DNA of 64,000 nucleotides from a virus (taxonomy: Duplodnaviria > Heunggongvirae > Uroviricota > Caudoviricetes). A program made the translations under genes and the position numbers. Where the stretch lies: the IMG/VR virus record IMGVR_UViG_3300034157_000063. One strand, 5' to 3'. Each line of letters opens with the position of its first letter. Within the stretch, counting starts at the first letter, position 1. The notes under the pieces were generated by a model that saw nothing but the letters and a program-made list of their open reading frames with translations, was not told the DNA's origin and searched no databases. Below are positions 1 through 9,895 of this stretch, piece by piece.

Positions 1-2
1 CA

Positions 3-410
3 AGAAATATTAAAATCCGTCACACCTCGGCGGGGCAACGTGATTCTCGCATGGTGTTGAAACATAGGCTTTCAATTGCTAAAATTAAATTTTCTAATTG
101 CACTTATGAATATGTGCCAGTCATAAAATTTACGTTACCTATGTCCAGCATCACGAATAGAACAGTGATTGTATCAGCCAGTAAAAAACATGATTTTATG
201 TTTTATCAACATAGTGGTAAAATGATTTACCTTGACCGCTCAGAACATGATGTGTTTTTTGAAAAGCACAATAAATCATTGGTCACTCATATTTATAACA
301 GTTTATCAAAATCTATTGGAATGGATGATGTAGCCTTGAAAGACTTTAAACAATTTGATGATGAAGAAAGAGAGCGATTTGTAATGGTTTCAAACATGTT
401 AAAAGTTTAA
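3..410 (+). CDS. hypothetical protein, 5'-partial, M-x-x-hydrophobic tail
   Basis: Frame open to window edge; ends VMVSNMLKV. Confidence 0.7.
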   Translation, partial: RNIKIRHTSAGQRDSRMVLKHRLSIAKIKFSNCTYEYVPVIKFTLPMSSITNRTVIVSASKKHDFMFYQHSGKMIYLDRSEHDVFFEKHNKSLVTHIYNSLSKSIGMDDVALKDFKQFDDEERERFVMVSNMLKV

Positions 411-501
411 ATAATAATTATTTTTATAGTCCATTTATGCTTATCTTTTTGTTGAAAAAACAATGGGTAAATGGTATAATCTTGTAAATTACGAGGATTT
501 G

Positions 502-2637
502 ATGATGCAGACGAATGAAGCACTTATTGTAAACTTTTTCAATGATTATAGAATCAATCGACATTATGCACAGATGCCTAATGTTCCTTTTATTTTTAAT
601 GCACTTGAAAATTTGGCATCTAACAAAGATGTTACAAAATCATTCATGTTTGGTCAAAACAAGCATCGTTCTCAATATCAATCAGACTCATCTTCTTTTT
701 CGCTAAGTAATATAGATGTGAATACTTTGAAGTCTTTGTCTGGTCTTGATTATGCCTTTATTCTTGAAGGTTCTGGTCAACCTTTCAAACAACAATTAGC
801 CCGCATCACAAGAGATGAACGTTTTGATGATGATTTTTTGGATAATGAACCTTGTCATGGTAACAGTTTTTTTCATTCTAATCCAAGAAATAAACAAGAT
901 GCTTCTCAGTATAGCAAAGAAGGTCTGGCGACCATTAAATTTGTGAGCAAATGTCGTAGTTTGTATCAACAAATGCATTCTGTTATTCAGTATATGATTG
1001 GTTATTATAGTTATAGCCTGTCTGTGGATTACTCAACATTGTTGAAAAAATGGGAGCAGGCTGTTCCGTCACTGCATATGAGTTGTGCCAAAGAAGTTAA
1101 AGAATTGAATAAAATTATTGAATCGACTTATGAATCCAATAAATTTTTTAAAGATCGTTATGAAACGTTTGTAGACTTTGTTGTTAAATCTAGTGCTTTT
1201 GTCGATATGTTCATGGACTTTACTGAAAATCGTCATAGCTCTGCCCCACGAGGTTTTGAAAATTCAACAGGACACAGTAACTTTTTTGGTCATCAGGGTA
1301 TGCCAGTTAATCGTCCAGTCGGCCCAGTCTTGAACGAGAAATTCAAAGAACTTTTTGCTCAGCAAGAGCGTAGGTTGACTGATTTTATTGAATCCAATAA
1401 AGACATTCTGGTATCGCGTGAAGCTCATGAATTTTTTAATCAAGACACCTTGATCGCAGACTATAAGAAAGTTTTGAAAATTTGTGAGATTTTGATTGAA
1501 AAAACTGACATTCATCTGAATTGTAAATCGTTGCAGGCGATTAGATTTTTAGACACCTATGCTTCACGTCATGAAGACATTATGAAAGCTACTGACTTTG
1601 ATACTGAATTTAGAGATCTTAATATTGTAGCAGCTATTAATAATATTAAAAATTCTAGTATTACAGCAGCCATCGTATTTGATGACAAATCAGTAGCTGT
1701 TAAGAAAAAAGGCTATGAAGGCTTCCAGTATAGTCCTAGTTCTTTTATGGGCACCGAATTAGTGCTGGATGGTTACATGGATGAAGTCAATCACATGTTG
1801 CGTAAAAATCCATCAATGAATAAATCAGTTAAGGTGTTAATGCGTAACTTGAAAACCAAACATATCAATAACCAGCCGCTTCTATTTAGCTCGCTTAAAG
1901 GTTTAAAAGTTGGTTTGAAAAGCTATTTTGATAATGAAAACATTTTGAAGGCTCATAGTTTTGACATGATTAATGAATTGAAGACTTCTCGCACCTTTGA
2001 AGAATTCGATGACAAAATTCACAAAGTGGTGCGTAAGCATAAAATTGAGCAATATGCCATGAGTATTGTTAGTAACAAGTATAAGAATCTATACAGTGAT
2101 AAAACACTCTCAATCATGGAAGAACTCTATGATATGGGCATTAGCACTCACATTCTTCAAGATATGATTGGTAAAAAGATGGCAAGCATTAAAAACACTC
2201 GCTCTTTGAATGCTGCATTGAAGTCGTTGTTGAACAGTATTAATGGATTTGAAATTTCAAATATTAAGATGAAAGCTGCAGCCAACAATGTGAAAGTGTT
2301 GTTTGAAACAGAAGACTACTTGGTTCTTGAAATTGATACGTTCAAGCAGTCAAAAGCAATGGGTAGTCCTTCTTGGTGTATCAGCCGTGAAGACTATCAC
2401 TTTACCACTTATACTGAGGGTGGTAATATTCAAATCTTTGCTTACGACTTTAGTCTTACTTCAAAAGACAATAAATCTATTGTGGGTATCACATTGACCA
2501 GACACATGAAGGTTCATGCCGCTCACAACAAGAACGATACTGAATTGCGGGATAAGGCAACAAAGGAAAAAGTGATTAAGATTGTAGCAGATGCCAAAGG
2601 TATTGTGCTCAAAGAACATAAGCCAAAATCTGCATAA
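502..2637 (+). CDS. large hypothetical protein, possible C-terminal PcfJ-like domain
   Basis: GAGG RBS before ATG 502; MGSPSWCISR...F..Y motif; Lys-rich tail. Confidence 0.6.
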   Translation: MMQTNEALIVNFFNDYRINRHYAQMPNVPFIFNALENLASNKDVTKSFMFGQNKHRSQYQSDSSSFSLSNIDVNTLKSLSGLDYAFILEGSGQPFKQQLARITRDERFDDDFLDNEPCHGNSFFHSNPRNKQDASQYSKEGLATIKFVSKCRSLYQQMHSVIQYMIGYYSYSLSVDYSTLLKKWEQAVPSLHMSCAKEVKELNKIIESTYESNKFFKDRYETFVDFVVKSSAFVDMFMDFTENRHSSAPRGFENSTGHSNFFGHQGMPVNRPVGPVLNEKFKELFAQQERRLTDFIESNKDILVSREAHEFFNQDTLIADYKKVLKICEILIEKTDIHLNCKSLQAIRFLDTYASRHEDIMKATDFDTEFRDLNIVAAINNIKNSSITAAIVFDDKSVAVKKKGYEGFQYSPSSFMGTELVLDGYMDEVNHMLRKNPSMNKSVKVLMRNLKTKHINNQPLLFSSLKGLKVGLKSYFDNENILKAHSFDMINELKTSRTFEEFDDKIHKVVRKHKIEQYAMSIVSNKYKNLYSDKTLSIMEELYDMGISTHILQDMIGKKMASIKNTRSLNAALKSLLNSINGFEISNIKMKAAANNVKVLFETEDYLVLEIDTFKQSKAMGSPSWCISREDYHFTTYTEGGNIQIFAYDFSLTSKDNKSIVGITLTRHMKVHAAHNKNDTELRDKATKEKVIKIVADAKGIVLKEHKPKSA

Positions 2638-2653
2638 TAACAGGAGTACATAA

Positions 2654-3142
2654 ATGAAATTAACAATAAAACCGATAGAAAAGAAATATAAGAATTGTTT
2701 CGTTATTACGTTTGAATACAAACATGGCACTGGTAATGATGATTTGTATACTTACAGGACGTATACGATTCATAATTCAGATTATGCAATGTTGGAAGCA
2801 TATTTAAAAGAGTTTATCATTGTTTCAGAAGAATTAGACAATGCTATCGTTGAAGAAAAAATGTATAACAGTGGAGCCAATTTTTTTGATGAGCGAATTA
2901 ATCCCAAACGTGAATATCAGGATGGCGTTGTTTATTCTCTCAGTAATATGACATTCATTGATATTAACTATGATATTGTTCAATTCAGTATGCATAGACC
3001 TGTGATTGGCACACCTTATGTCATCTTATACGAACAGGATGTGTTATCAGAAGGTTTTGCAACGATGTCTGTTAAACGTATCGAATACTACGACGACAAC
3101 GGTGATGTTTTTGAAGTGGTTGATGAAGATAATTCTTTTTAA
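2654..3142 (+). CDS. hypothetical protein (paralog of 25265..25711)
   Basis: AGGAG RBS; shared KNxFxI and IxYY/FDxxG motifs. Confidence 0.75.
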   Translation: MKLTIKPIEKKYKNCFVITFEYKHGTGNDDLYTYRTYTIHNSDYAMLEAYLKEFIIVSEELDNAIVEEKMYNSGANFFDERINPKREYQDGVVYSLSNMTFIDINYDIVQFSMHRPVIGTPYVILYEQDVLSEGFATMSVKRIEYYDDNGDVFEVVDEDNSF

Positions 3143-3144
3143 AC

Positions 3145-3176
3145 TTTACAAACTTTTTAATTTACAAACTTTTTAA
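3145..3176. repeat. 16-bp tandem duplication TTTACAAACTTTTTAA x2
   Basis: Exact direct repeat between stop codon and terminator. Confidence 0.85.
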
Positions 3177-3200
3177 AAGGCCACTTATGTGGTCTTTTTT
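3176..3200 (+). terminator. intrinsic terminator (GCCAC/GTGGY family)
   Basis: GGCCAC-TTAT-GTGGTC + T-tract. Confidence 0.8.
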
Positions 3201-3256
3201 ATTGATAAAATATTATTATAATGCTATAATAGTGAAAATCCAAAAGGTAGACTACC

Positions 3257-3922
3257 ATGAAGAAAAACAATTTTGATTTCCTTAAAAAGATAGTGGTTAA
3301 CTTTCTTAATCAATTGTCTTTTCAAAATGTGAAGTCTATGGACATTAAAATTAAAATCAACGCCACCTCACCAAAAGCAGATTCGTTGCATGTTTTTATT
3401 GATGGTGTTCATGCTGTTGATCTTGAAGTTGCCCTTGAAAAACATGATAAAGAAACAAACTACAAGATAGTCAAAAAAATTAGCCGTTTCAACATGCGAA
3501 TTAAACATGAATTTATTCAGAGCCATTCTTTTATTCATGATGGCATTACAAAAGAATACATATCCAGTATTTTTATTGAAGACATGAATTGGATCAATAT
3601 TGGTTTGCGGCTTGATTATAAAATTGTTTATTGCCTTCTCGCTAAACACAAGCATTGGCGTGATGATATTAAGCATGTTATCTATTGCTTTATGAATAAA
3701 GATAATAAACCATTAGGTGTCTATGGCGTTAATGGCAAAGAACAAGAACTATTAAAATTTTGCATGAATAAAGTCGATAAGATGGCAATTATGTATTTGT
3801 TTCATAAAAATTATGAAGATTACTATAATGATACGTTTCCACCTTTTACTGAGACGCTGGATATCAATGCTATTGATGATTTAGATAATAAATTGACGCT
3901 TGTTTCTATGATGCAGTTTTAA
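3257..3922 (+). CDS. hypothetical protein, tail family
   Basis: TGCTATAAT promoter at 3222; ends LTLVSMMQF. Confidence 0.75.
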   Translation: MKKNNFDFLKKIVVNFLNQLSFQNVKSMDIKIKINATSPKADSLHVFIDGVHAVDLEVALEKHDKETNYKIVKKISRFNMRIKHEFIQSHSFIHDGITKEYISSIFIEDMNWINIGLRLDYKIVYCLLAKHKHWRDDIKHVIYCFMNKDNKPLGVYGVNGKEQELLKFCMNKVDKMAIMYLFHKNYEDYYNDTFPPFTETLDINAIDDLDNKLTLVSMMQF

Positions 3923-4005
3923 AAGAACCAGATTAACGGCCTTTGACAAAAAACTGGCATTGTGTTATAAGTTCACTGAATGTTTATTACATTGAGGTGA
4001 TAAAA

Positions 4006-4605
4006 ATGACGCAAGTGACTAACACAAATAAGCCCAGTTTAATTTTTTCCAAGTTTAAAAAGATAAATTCTCATAACTTGATACTTTTCATCTTGTTACC
4101 CTTCATTCCATCCGTCTCCATGTTTCTAGGCTCTTACTTTGTAGGGTGGCACAACTTTCAACGTAGTCGAGAATTTCTATCTTATGAAGCTTCACTGACA
4201 TTATCTGTCATTATTTATTGTTCATTACTATCATTTGTGGTGATAGTGGCCTTGTTTATGGCCTACATAACCGATAAGCTCAATAAAGAGAATGGTTTTC
4301 TTTATTGCCTTAACTATTGTATTTATTTATCCATTCCCTTTTCATTGCTGGGTGCATCAGCCATAACTCCTAATATTTTTATTTTAGGGCTGGCTTTCGT
4401 TGCATCAGTTGGATTATCTTTTTATCAATTAGATTCAACAGTCGATGGTTTTTTAGGGGTGGACTCCGATAAGCGGGCTTACTTTATAACGCTTGTTACA
4501 TTATTTTTCTTTTTACTGGTTGGCGTATTTTTAACTTTTTTCTTGACTTTTTGGCCTGAATACTTTGATTTCTTGACTTCTTTTTTCAACAAAGCGACCA
4601 AATAA
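4006..4605 (+). CDS. Yip1/YohC-like multi-pass membrane protein
   Basis: GAGGTG RBS; about five hydrophobic segments with Yip1-like spacing. Confidence 0.55.
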   Translation: MTQVTNTNKPSLIFSKFKKINSHNLILFILLPFIPSVSMFLGSYFVGWHNFQRSREFLSYEASLTLSVIIYCSLLSFVVIVALFMAYITDKLNKENGFLYCLNYCIYLSIPFSLLGASAITPNIFILGLAFVASVGLSFYQLDSTVDGFLGVDSDKRAYFITLVTLFFFLLVGVFLTFFLTFWPEYFDFLTSFFNKATK

Positions 4606-4675
4606 GCATTCGACTCCTTGAAAATCTTTTTTTTGTAGATAAAATGAAAATGGCATTATTTAATAGGAGTTTTAT

Positions 4676-5035
4676 ATGTTTTCAAAATTAATAGTAGGCG
4701 TTTTACTTTCAGGTCTAGCTTCAATGTCTTTCGCTGAGGAACTTATAGATCCTGTTAAGATAGATGAAAAGTCACCTGATAGATGTTTTTACAGTAGTGA
4801 TAAATATCAATTCAATGGTGTTCATATCATGCCAAATGGTGCTACAAGTTATGTTCTTAATAGTTTTGTAGAGTTTTATAGCCCTGATGGTAAAGAATTT
4901 CCACCTGATCTTTATCGTGGCCGTTTAGCCCTATCTGATGAGGAAGGTGATGTGTATGAAATTTGTGTTCGTGGTGGTGAAGAAGCCTTAATTTACAAGC
5001 TTGAAAAAATAGATTCGCAACGACCAGAAGAATAA
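4676..5035 (+). CDS. exported hypothetical protein
   Basis: Signal peptide ending SFA; AGGAG RBS. Confidence 0.75.
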   Translation: MFSKLIVGVLLSGLASMSFAEELIDPVKIDEKSPDRCFYSSDKYQFNGVHIMPNGATSYVLNSFVEFYSPDGKEFPPDLYRGRLALSDEEGDVYEICVRGGEEALIYKLEKIDSQRPEE

Positions 5036-5067
5036 AATAAAAAACCATCATGAGATGGTTTTTATTT
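5036..5067. terminator. bidirectional terminator, copy 1 of argS-flanking repeat
   Basis: A-tract-ACCATC-ATGA-GATGGT-T-tract. Confidence 0.85.
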
Positions 5068-5086
5068 GTCCACAATTTCTTATTTC

Positions 5087-6763
5087 TTATTTATTTTCAA
5101 CCGTCATCTTTGATAAACATGGATAGGTTTCAATACCTAAGATATTACAGCCTTTCTCAATGACATCCTTCACTGCCGCGATCAAACATAATTTCTTATA
5201 CTCTTCTTCATGTCCCAATATTTTTTCACTTTCGTAATATTTGTGGAATAAAGTACATAAGCTGACTAGTTGAGTGGTTAAATAATGACTTTGATACTCA
5301 GTACTCATTTCATTGATAATCTCTTGAGTTTTCAAAATATTAAAGAATAAAGCATTTTCCTGATTATTTAAAATCAGATCATCAGTGATGGTCAATTTAG
5401 GTTCATTCATATTGTATTTCTTAAACAAAATTGAATCAATCCGCACATAAGCATTTTGAAGATAAGGAGCTGAACCACCAGAAAAGTTTAAGACATGTTT
5501 CCAGTCAAACACATAATCTTGATGCTTGCTTAATTTTAAATCATGAAATTTAAGACCACCTACAATCGTTTTATTCAACAACTCAGTTTGTGTCTCACCT
5601 GAAAGCTTTGTAAAGTGTGGAGACTTTAATAATTCATTTTTACCTTCCATTAACAAATCATCCAAATACAATGATTTTCCTGTTTTTGTTTTGATAGGTT
5701 TGTTATCTTCACCTAAGATGGTACCGAAACCCAAATGGATAAGCTTATTTTTATCGGTTGCATAACCTACTTTTTTAGCAATCATGAAGATTGTTTCAAA
5801 ATGCAGTGACTGCCGTTTATCAACCACATACACTATTTTATCTGGGTTATGTTGTTCTACCCGCCATTTGATAGCCGCTAAATCATAGAGAGCATACAAA
5901 AAGGTGCCATTCGTTTTTTTGATGACCAGCTTGTTATTTTCAAGTTGAACATACACCGAACCATTCTCATCAACACTGGCAATTTGTTTATTGATTAAGT
6001 CCACAACGATTTCATGACAGAACTGAGCAAAGAAGCTTTCACCTTTGGTATCCGCAATGGTCAATTTGAGCTTAAATTCTTTAATTGTAGATTCTAGGTC
6101 AATCAAACTAATATCGACACATTTTTGCCATAATGCTAGCAATTCATCATCAAGTTTATTTTGAAGCTTGTACGCAACATTATCAGATTCAAGTGCAAAT
6201 GAATTATCATCACTTTCTTTGGATAGGTTATAGGCAGTATAGGCGAGCTTATAATACTCAGTGAGCTTTTGATTGTCCAAGTTGTTTGCTAAATCATTCT
6301 TCATAATGTAATTGAGTAGGAAACCAAACTGATTGCCCCAATCACCAACATGATTATATGAAATAACTTCATCACCCATGTTCTGATGGCTCCGAACAAC
6401 AAAGTCGCCAATAAACATAGACCGTATATGACCGATGTGCATTTTTTTTGCAACGTTAACACCACAGTAATCGACCACCACTGTTTCTTTTGGTTTTGTT
6501 TGCACTGTTTGTGCATTCATTAAATTCATTTTGAAAGACAAAAAAGCCTTACCCGTAATTTCAATGTTTTCGTAATGAGTTGTTTTCAATAAATAAGCAA
6601 TCAAGCTGGCTGTGTCAAAGTCGCCTTTTTTATTTAATTGAAAAAGAATAGATGTTTGATAATGAAAATTTTCAAAACTTGAATACGATACATCAACCGT
6701 TAACGTGATGTTTTTTGATGTCAGATAATTTTGGATATCCGATTTAATAATGGACTTGTACAT
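5087..6763 (-). CDS. argS: arginine--tRNA ligase
   Basis: DYCGVNVAKKMHIGHIRS (HIGH), NHVGDWGNQFG, GESF, YVVDKRQxLHF, PYLQNAYVRI. Confidence 0.95.
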   Translation of the reverse strand: MYKSIIKSDIQNYLTSKNITLTVDVSYSSFENFHYQTSILFQLNKKGDFDTASLIAYLLKTTHYENIEITGKAFLSFKMNLMNAQTVQTKPKETVVVDYCGVNVAKKMHIGHIRSMFIGDFVVRSHQNMGDEVISYNHVGDWGNQFGFLLNYIMKNDLANNLDNQKLTEYYKLAYTAYNLSKESDDNSFALESDNVAYKLQNKLDDELLALWQKCVDISLIDLESTIKEFKLKLTIADTKGESFFAQFCHEIVVDLINKQIASVDENGSVYVQLENNKLVIKKTNGTFLYALYDLAAIKWRVEQHNPDKIVYVVDKRQSLHFETIFMIAKKVGYATDKNKLIHLGFGTILGEDNKPIKTKTGKSLYLDDLLMEGKNELLKSPHFTKLSGETQTELLNKTIVGGLKFHDLKLSKHQDYVFDWKHVLNFSGGSAPYLQNAYVRIDSILFKKYNMNEPKLTITDDLILNNQENALFFNILKTQEIINEMSTEYQSHYLTTQLVSLCTLFHKYYESEKILGHEEEYKKLCLIAAVKDVIEKGCNILGIETYPCLSKMTVENK

Positions 6764-6834
6764 ATTGAAGCTCCTTTTAATTATATAAAAAATAGTAATG
6801 GTTAATTTTTGATTTAATTAAAGTCGTCTCAATA
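6763..6834 (-). promoter_or_regulatory. SD-sequestering stem of argS leader (translational attenuator)
   Basis: mRNA UAUUGAG..CUUUAAUUA (6834-6815) complementary to UAAUUAAAAG..UUCAAUA (6783-6763) spanning the argS SD. Confidence 0.65.
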
Positions 6835-6847
6835 GTTTAGTGTTCAT
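6818..6847 (-). CDS. argS leader peptide MNTKLLRRL
   Basis: GGAG RBS 8 nt upstream; tandem AGA-CGA codons; lies between promoter and argS. Confidence 0.8.
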   Translation of the reverse strand: MNTKLLRRL

Positions 6848-6871
6848 TATTTTTTCTCCGATTAGTGGTCT

Positions 6872-6902
6872 ATATTAACATAAATAACCCAATGATGTCA
6901 AT
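6872..6902 (-). promoter_or_regulatory. sigma70 promoter of argS leader
   Basis: TTGACA-N18-TAATAT with extended TG. Confidence 0.65.
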
Positions 6903-6932
6903 AAAAAAACCATCATGAGATGGTCTTTATTT
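6900..6932. terminator. terminator, copy 2 of argS-flanking repeat
   Basis: Same ACCATCATGAGATGGT hairpin as 5036..5067. Confidence 0.85.
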
Positions 6933-6933
6933 T

Positions 6934-7998
6934 TTAACTAACTTTCTGTTTTATGCGAGAGGTTGTTTCATTGATAAATTTCTCTTTCATCTCAGCAATA
7001 TTAGAAGGCTTCTTTTCCATCATCGTTTGTATTGATTTTAAGTCTTTCACATCAATATTCAAATCTTGTGCAACTTTGTTCATGTGACGTTCCGCATCAA
7101 GCTCTAAGGCTCTTTCATTTCTTCCAGTTTGAGCAAAGCCTGCTTTTTTAATAGCTTGAATACCAATGTAACCCATTGCTGCTACACTTATTGCAATTCC
7201 GCCTGTTGCAATAACAGCAGAACTTGCAGCAACCAAACCAGCCGCTGCACCAAATGAACCAAGAGCTGCAACTAATCCGCCATATCCCATTTTATTTTCT
7301 GCTTTGATTTGATTGCTTTGATTTTCAAGACCATATAATTTTCTTTTGTACGTGTCAAAGAAGTTTCCAAGGTTTTGACTCAACTCATCAGCCACTGGTG
7401 CTTTAAATAGTTGATTTTTATTTTTACCTTCTGGAAGTTCAGCTCTTTCTACAATGGATTTTACTATTTCGTGAGCTTTCGTCATGTCTCCTTTTTTTAC
7501 AGCATTTGTGAGACTATGCAAATTCATGTGTTCTGAATATGTTTTGTAATCTGTTTGTTTATGAAATTTATCGCTAAATTGTCTTTCGAATTTACTATCT
7601 TCAATTTTCATTCTGTGTTCTTCAAATATCTTACTGGTAATGTCACCTAATTTACTTTCTTGATATTTTGTATACAACTTGCCTATACCTGCATAAGAAA
7701 GTCCAGCCATCATACCAGCTCCACCACCTAACATAGCGACACCTGCAACAGTAAAACCACCAATTGCAGCCGTTGTAGCGATTGCTGGTATTAATGCGAT
7801 ACTGGCTATACCGCCTACAACACCTAATAAACCTATACCCAAACCACCCATTGTACCTAATTTTATGTGGCCTTCTGCATTTTTTACCTTAGTCGTAACT
7901 TCATCTTTTAATCCGACTGTGTGTGAGAAACCATTAACGATATTCATTAATTTTTCTTCTAATTGATCGGCGGTCTTTGCTTTAAATAAGTTCATCAT
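6934..7998 (-). CDS. Gly/Ala-rich hydrophobic-hairpin protein with internal duplication
   Basis: Two related GGL..G..GA hydrophobic blocks; no signal peptide; basic tail. Confidence 0.7.
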   Translation of the reverse strand: MMNLFKAKTADQLEEKLMNIVNGFSHTVGLKDEVTTKVKNAEGHIKLGTMGGLGIGLLGVVGGIASIALIPAIATTAAIGGFTVAGVAMLGGGAGMMAGLSYAGIGKLYTKYQESKLGDITSKIFEEHRMKIEDSKFERQFSDKFHKQTDYKTYSEHMNLHSLTNAVKKGDMTKAHEIVKSIVERAELPEGKNKNQLFKAPVADELSQNLGNFFDTYKRKLYGLENQSNQIKAENKMGYGGLVAALGSFGAAAGLVAASSAVIATGGIAISVAAMGYIGIQAIKKAGFAQTGRNERALELDAERHMNKVAQDLNIDVKDLKSIQTMMEKKPSNIAEMKEKFINETTSRIKQKVS

Positions 7999-8133
7999 AC
8001 ACCTAATTTATTATATTCTTTTTTCAATTATAGCATAGTATTAAAATATACATAGTGTATTGTTCTATATTTATATAATAATGGTTGAACATAAAGATGA
8101 AATTATGCTATAATTTAGCATTCAGGAGGGCTT

Positions 8134-8895
8134 ATGGATTACGAGACTATTGGCGAAATAAAATACTTTTTATCTGATAAGGAAACTCTTATTCGGGATG
8201 GTTTTGATCAAAAAAATGAACTTAAACGTCTTGAAAAATATATCATGAGAAGCAAAAATAGTTTTATGATTGCGGATAGTCAATTAGACTTGTTAATTGC
8301 ATTAGGATTCGTTCGTGTAGATGGATATCAGCCTTCTGAAACATTAACGTCATTCATGGAAAACTTTCAATTGTTATCAAATGCTGATTTTAGTTATGTG
8401 AGAACTCGAAAGAATAAAACAGTTGAATTATTTTTTAAAAATTTTGAAATGCCATCTGATGGGCATGATTTCTATTATGTAAGCATGAAATCTTTTCAAG
8501 ATAATCCTTTAACATTAGGCAACGGAAAACAAAACTTTTTTTATTCCTATGATGAAATTTATAATGCCGAACCTAATTATCTATTCAAATATGTTGATGA
8601 TTTTATAGAAAAGACAAATATGTTACCTTATTATAATTCTTATGCTCGAATTACAAAAACGTATTACCCTAACAATCCAGATAAAGAATTTGAATTCTAC
8701 TTGTCTATGGTCGCTTTTAACAGTCAAAAAACCGCTACTATATTGGATTACACGTTATATGGGAAAACAATTTCATTCTATAATATTAAAAAATTACTTC
8801 CCGATTTAGAATACACTATGGATTCATTAAGTAAACGCAAAACAGTTATTGATGAAGGACATATTGAATTACTTAAAATTATTCGTTATTCATAG
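8134..8895 (+). CDS. hypothetical protein, variant tail
   Basis: AGGAGG RBS, TGCTATAAT; ends IELLKIIRYS. Confidence 0.75.
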   Translation: MDYETIGEIKYFLSDKETLIRDGFDQKNELKRLEKYIMRSKNSFMIADSQLDLLIALGFVRVDGYQPSETLTSFMENFQLLSNADFSYVRTRKNKTVELFFKNFEMPSDGHDFYYVSMKSFQDNPLTLGNGKQNFFYSYDEIYNAEPNYLFKYVDDFIEKTNMLPYYNSYARITKTYYPNNPDKEFEFYLSMVAFNSQKTATILDYTLYGKTISFYNIKKLLPDLEYTMDSLSKRKTVIDEGHIELLKIIRYS

Positions 8896-9776
8896 AGTTT
8901 TTTAATCTCTGCTAACTTGGTAATTTTATTATCTTCTCTGATTATATAACTATCGTTGGTGTTAAGTGGTTCCTTGTAGTTTCTATTCCATTTGTTTGTT
9001 GATTTAAAATGTTCTTTTAGTTTATCTACATAGGGATCAAATTTATTAACTTGTCGCAATTGAAACATATTGAGAGTTTCTTTGTAACCAGCGTTGTGTT
9101 TATCTTCCAATAACACTGACACTCTTGAATTCGCTAATTTACTATGATCTAACTCGTTATTTGAAAAGAAATTATAAATACCAAGCCCACGTCCCATTGA
9201 AATATAATTAGGATTATGAATAATGTTGTCTTCTAGAAAGGCCATTATCATAAGAGTGTACGGGACTCTTAATCTATAGTTATTGTCTTGTTTTCCATTA
9301 AAATGATTCAATAATGACCTATCGAATGTATTACTGAGTAAAGTCTTCTCGTGTTGCGAACTGTCATGGAAATGTACTATCATTGAGGCTTCTCTGGTTA
9401 AAATAGATAGCTTGTCATTTTCCAGATCTTCTTTCTCTATATTGTAAACAGGGTATTTATAAGAAGTCTTAGATAATTTATATTTTATTTTATCTTCGAG
9501 TTCTTCAGGTTGGAATATTGTATTAACGATAGAAAAGGGCACATCCGTTTCAATGGCTTGCATGATTATATTCAGATAGATTATTTTTATTTTTTCTATA
9601 CAGCCATAAAACGCAGTAGCCGAACGACATTCTTCCCAGTTGAGTATAAGGGGTTGTTTAGTGTCACTGTTTCCAATATAAATATCAGTTGATGAATAGG
9701 ATAACTTTTTGTTTTTACTAAAATAGCCAATACTGTTGTTGTATTGATTGATTTCCCTTAATAACATTTGGCTCAT
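8886..9776 (-). CDS. hypothetical protein, possibly degenerate type IV coupling-protein (DotL/TraD-like) derivative
   Basis: GGAG RBS; YIGNSDTKQPLIL..EECR and SMGRGLGI resemble T4CP segments; no Walker A. Confidence 0.4.
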   Translation of the reverse strand: MSQMLLREINQYNNSIGYFSKNKKLSYSSTDIYIGNSDTKQPLILNWEECRSATAFYGCIEKIKIIYLNIIMQAIETDVPFSIVNTIFQPEELEDKIKYKLSKTSYKYPVYNIEKEDLENDKLSILTREASMIVHFHDSSQHEKTLLSNTFDRSLLNHFNGKQDNNYRLRVPYTLMIMAFLEDNIIHNPNYISMGRGLGIYNFFSNNELDHSKLANSRVSVLLEDKHNAGYKETLNMFQLRQVNKFDPYVDKLKEHFKSTNKWNRNYKEPLNTNDSYIIREDNKITKLAEIKKLYE

Positions 9777-9895
9777 GATAAACTCCTTTTTAAATATCAC
9801 TATTTTTACATTGATTTTTAATTAGTCAATTAAAACGATTGTCATTTTGGCGGAAATTTGATATAATTAGGCATATTTAATTATGAGGACATTTT

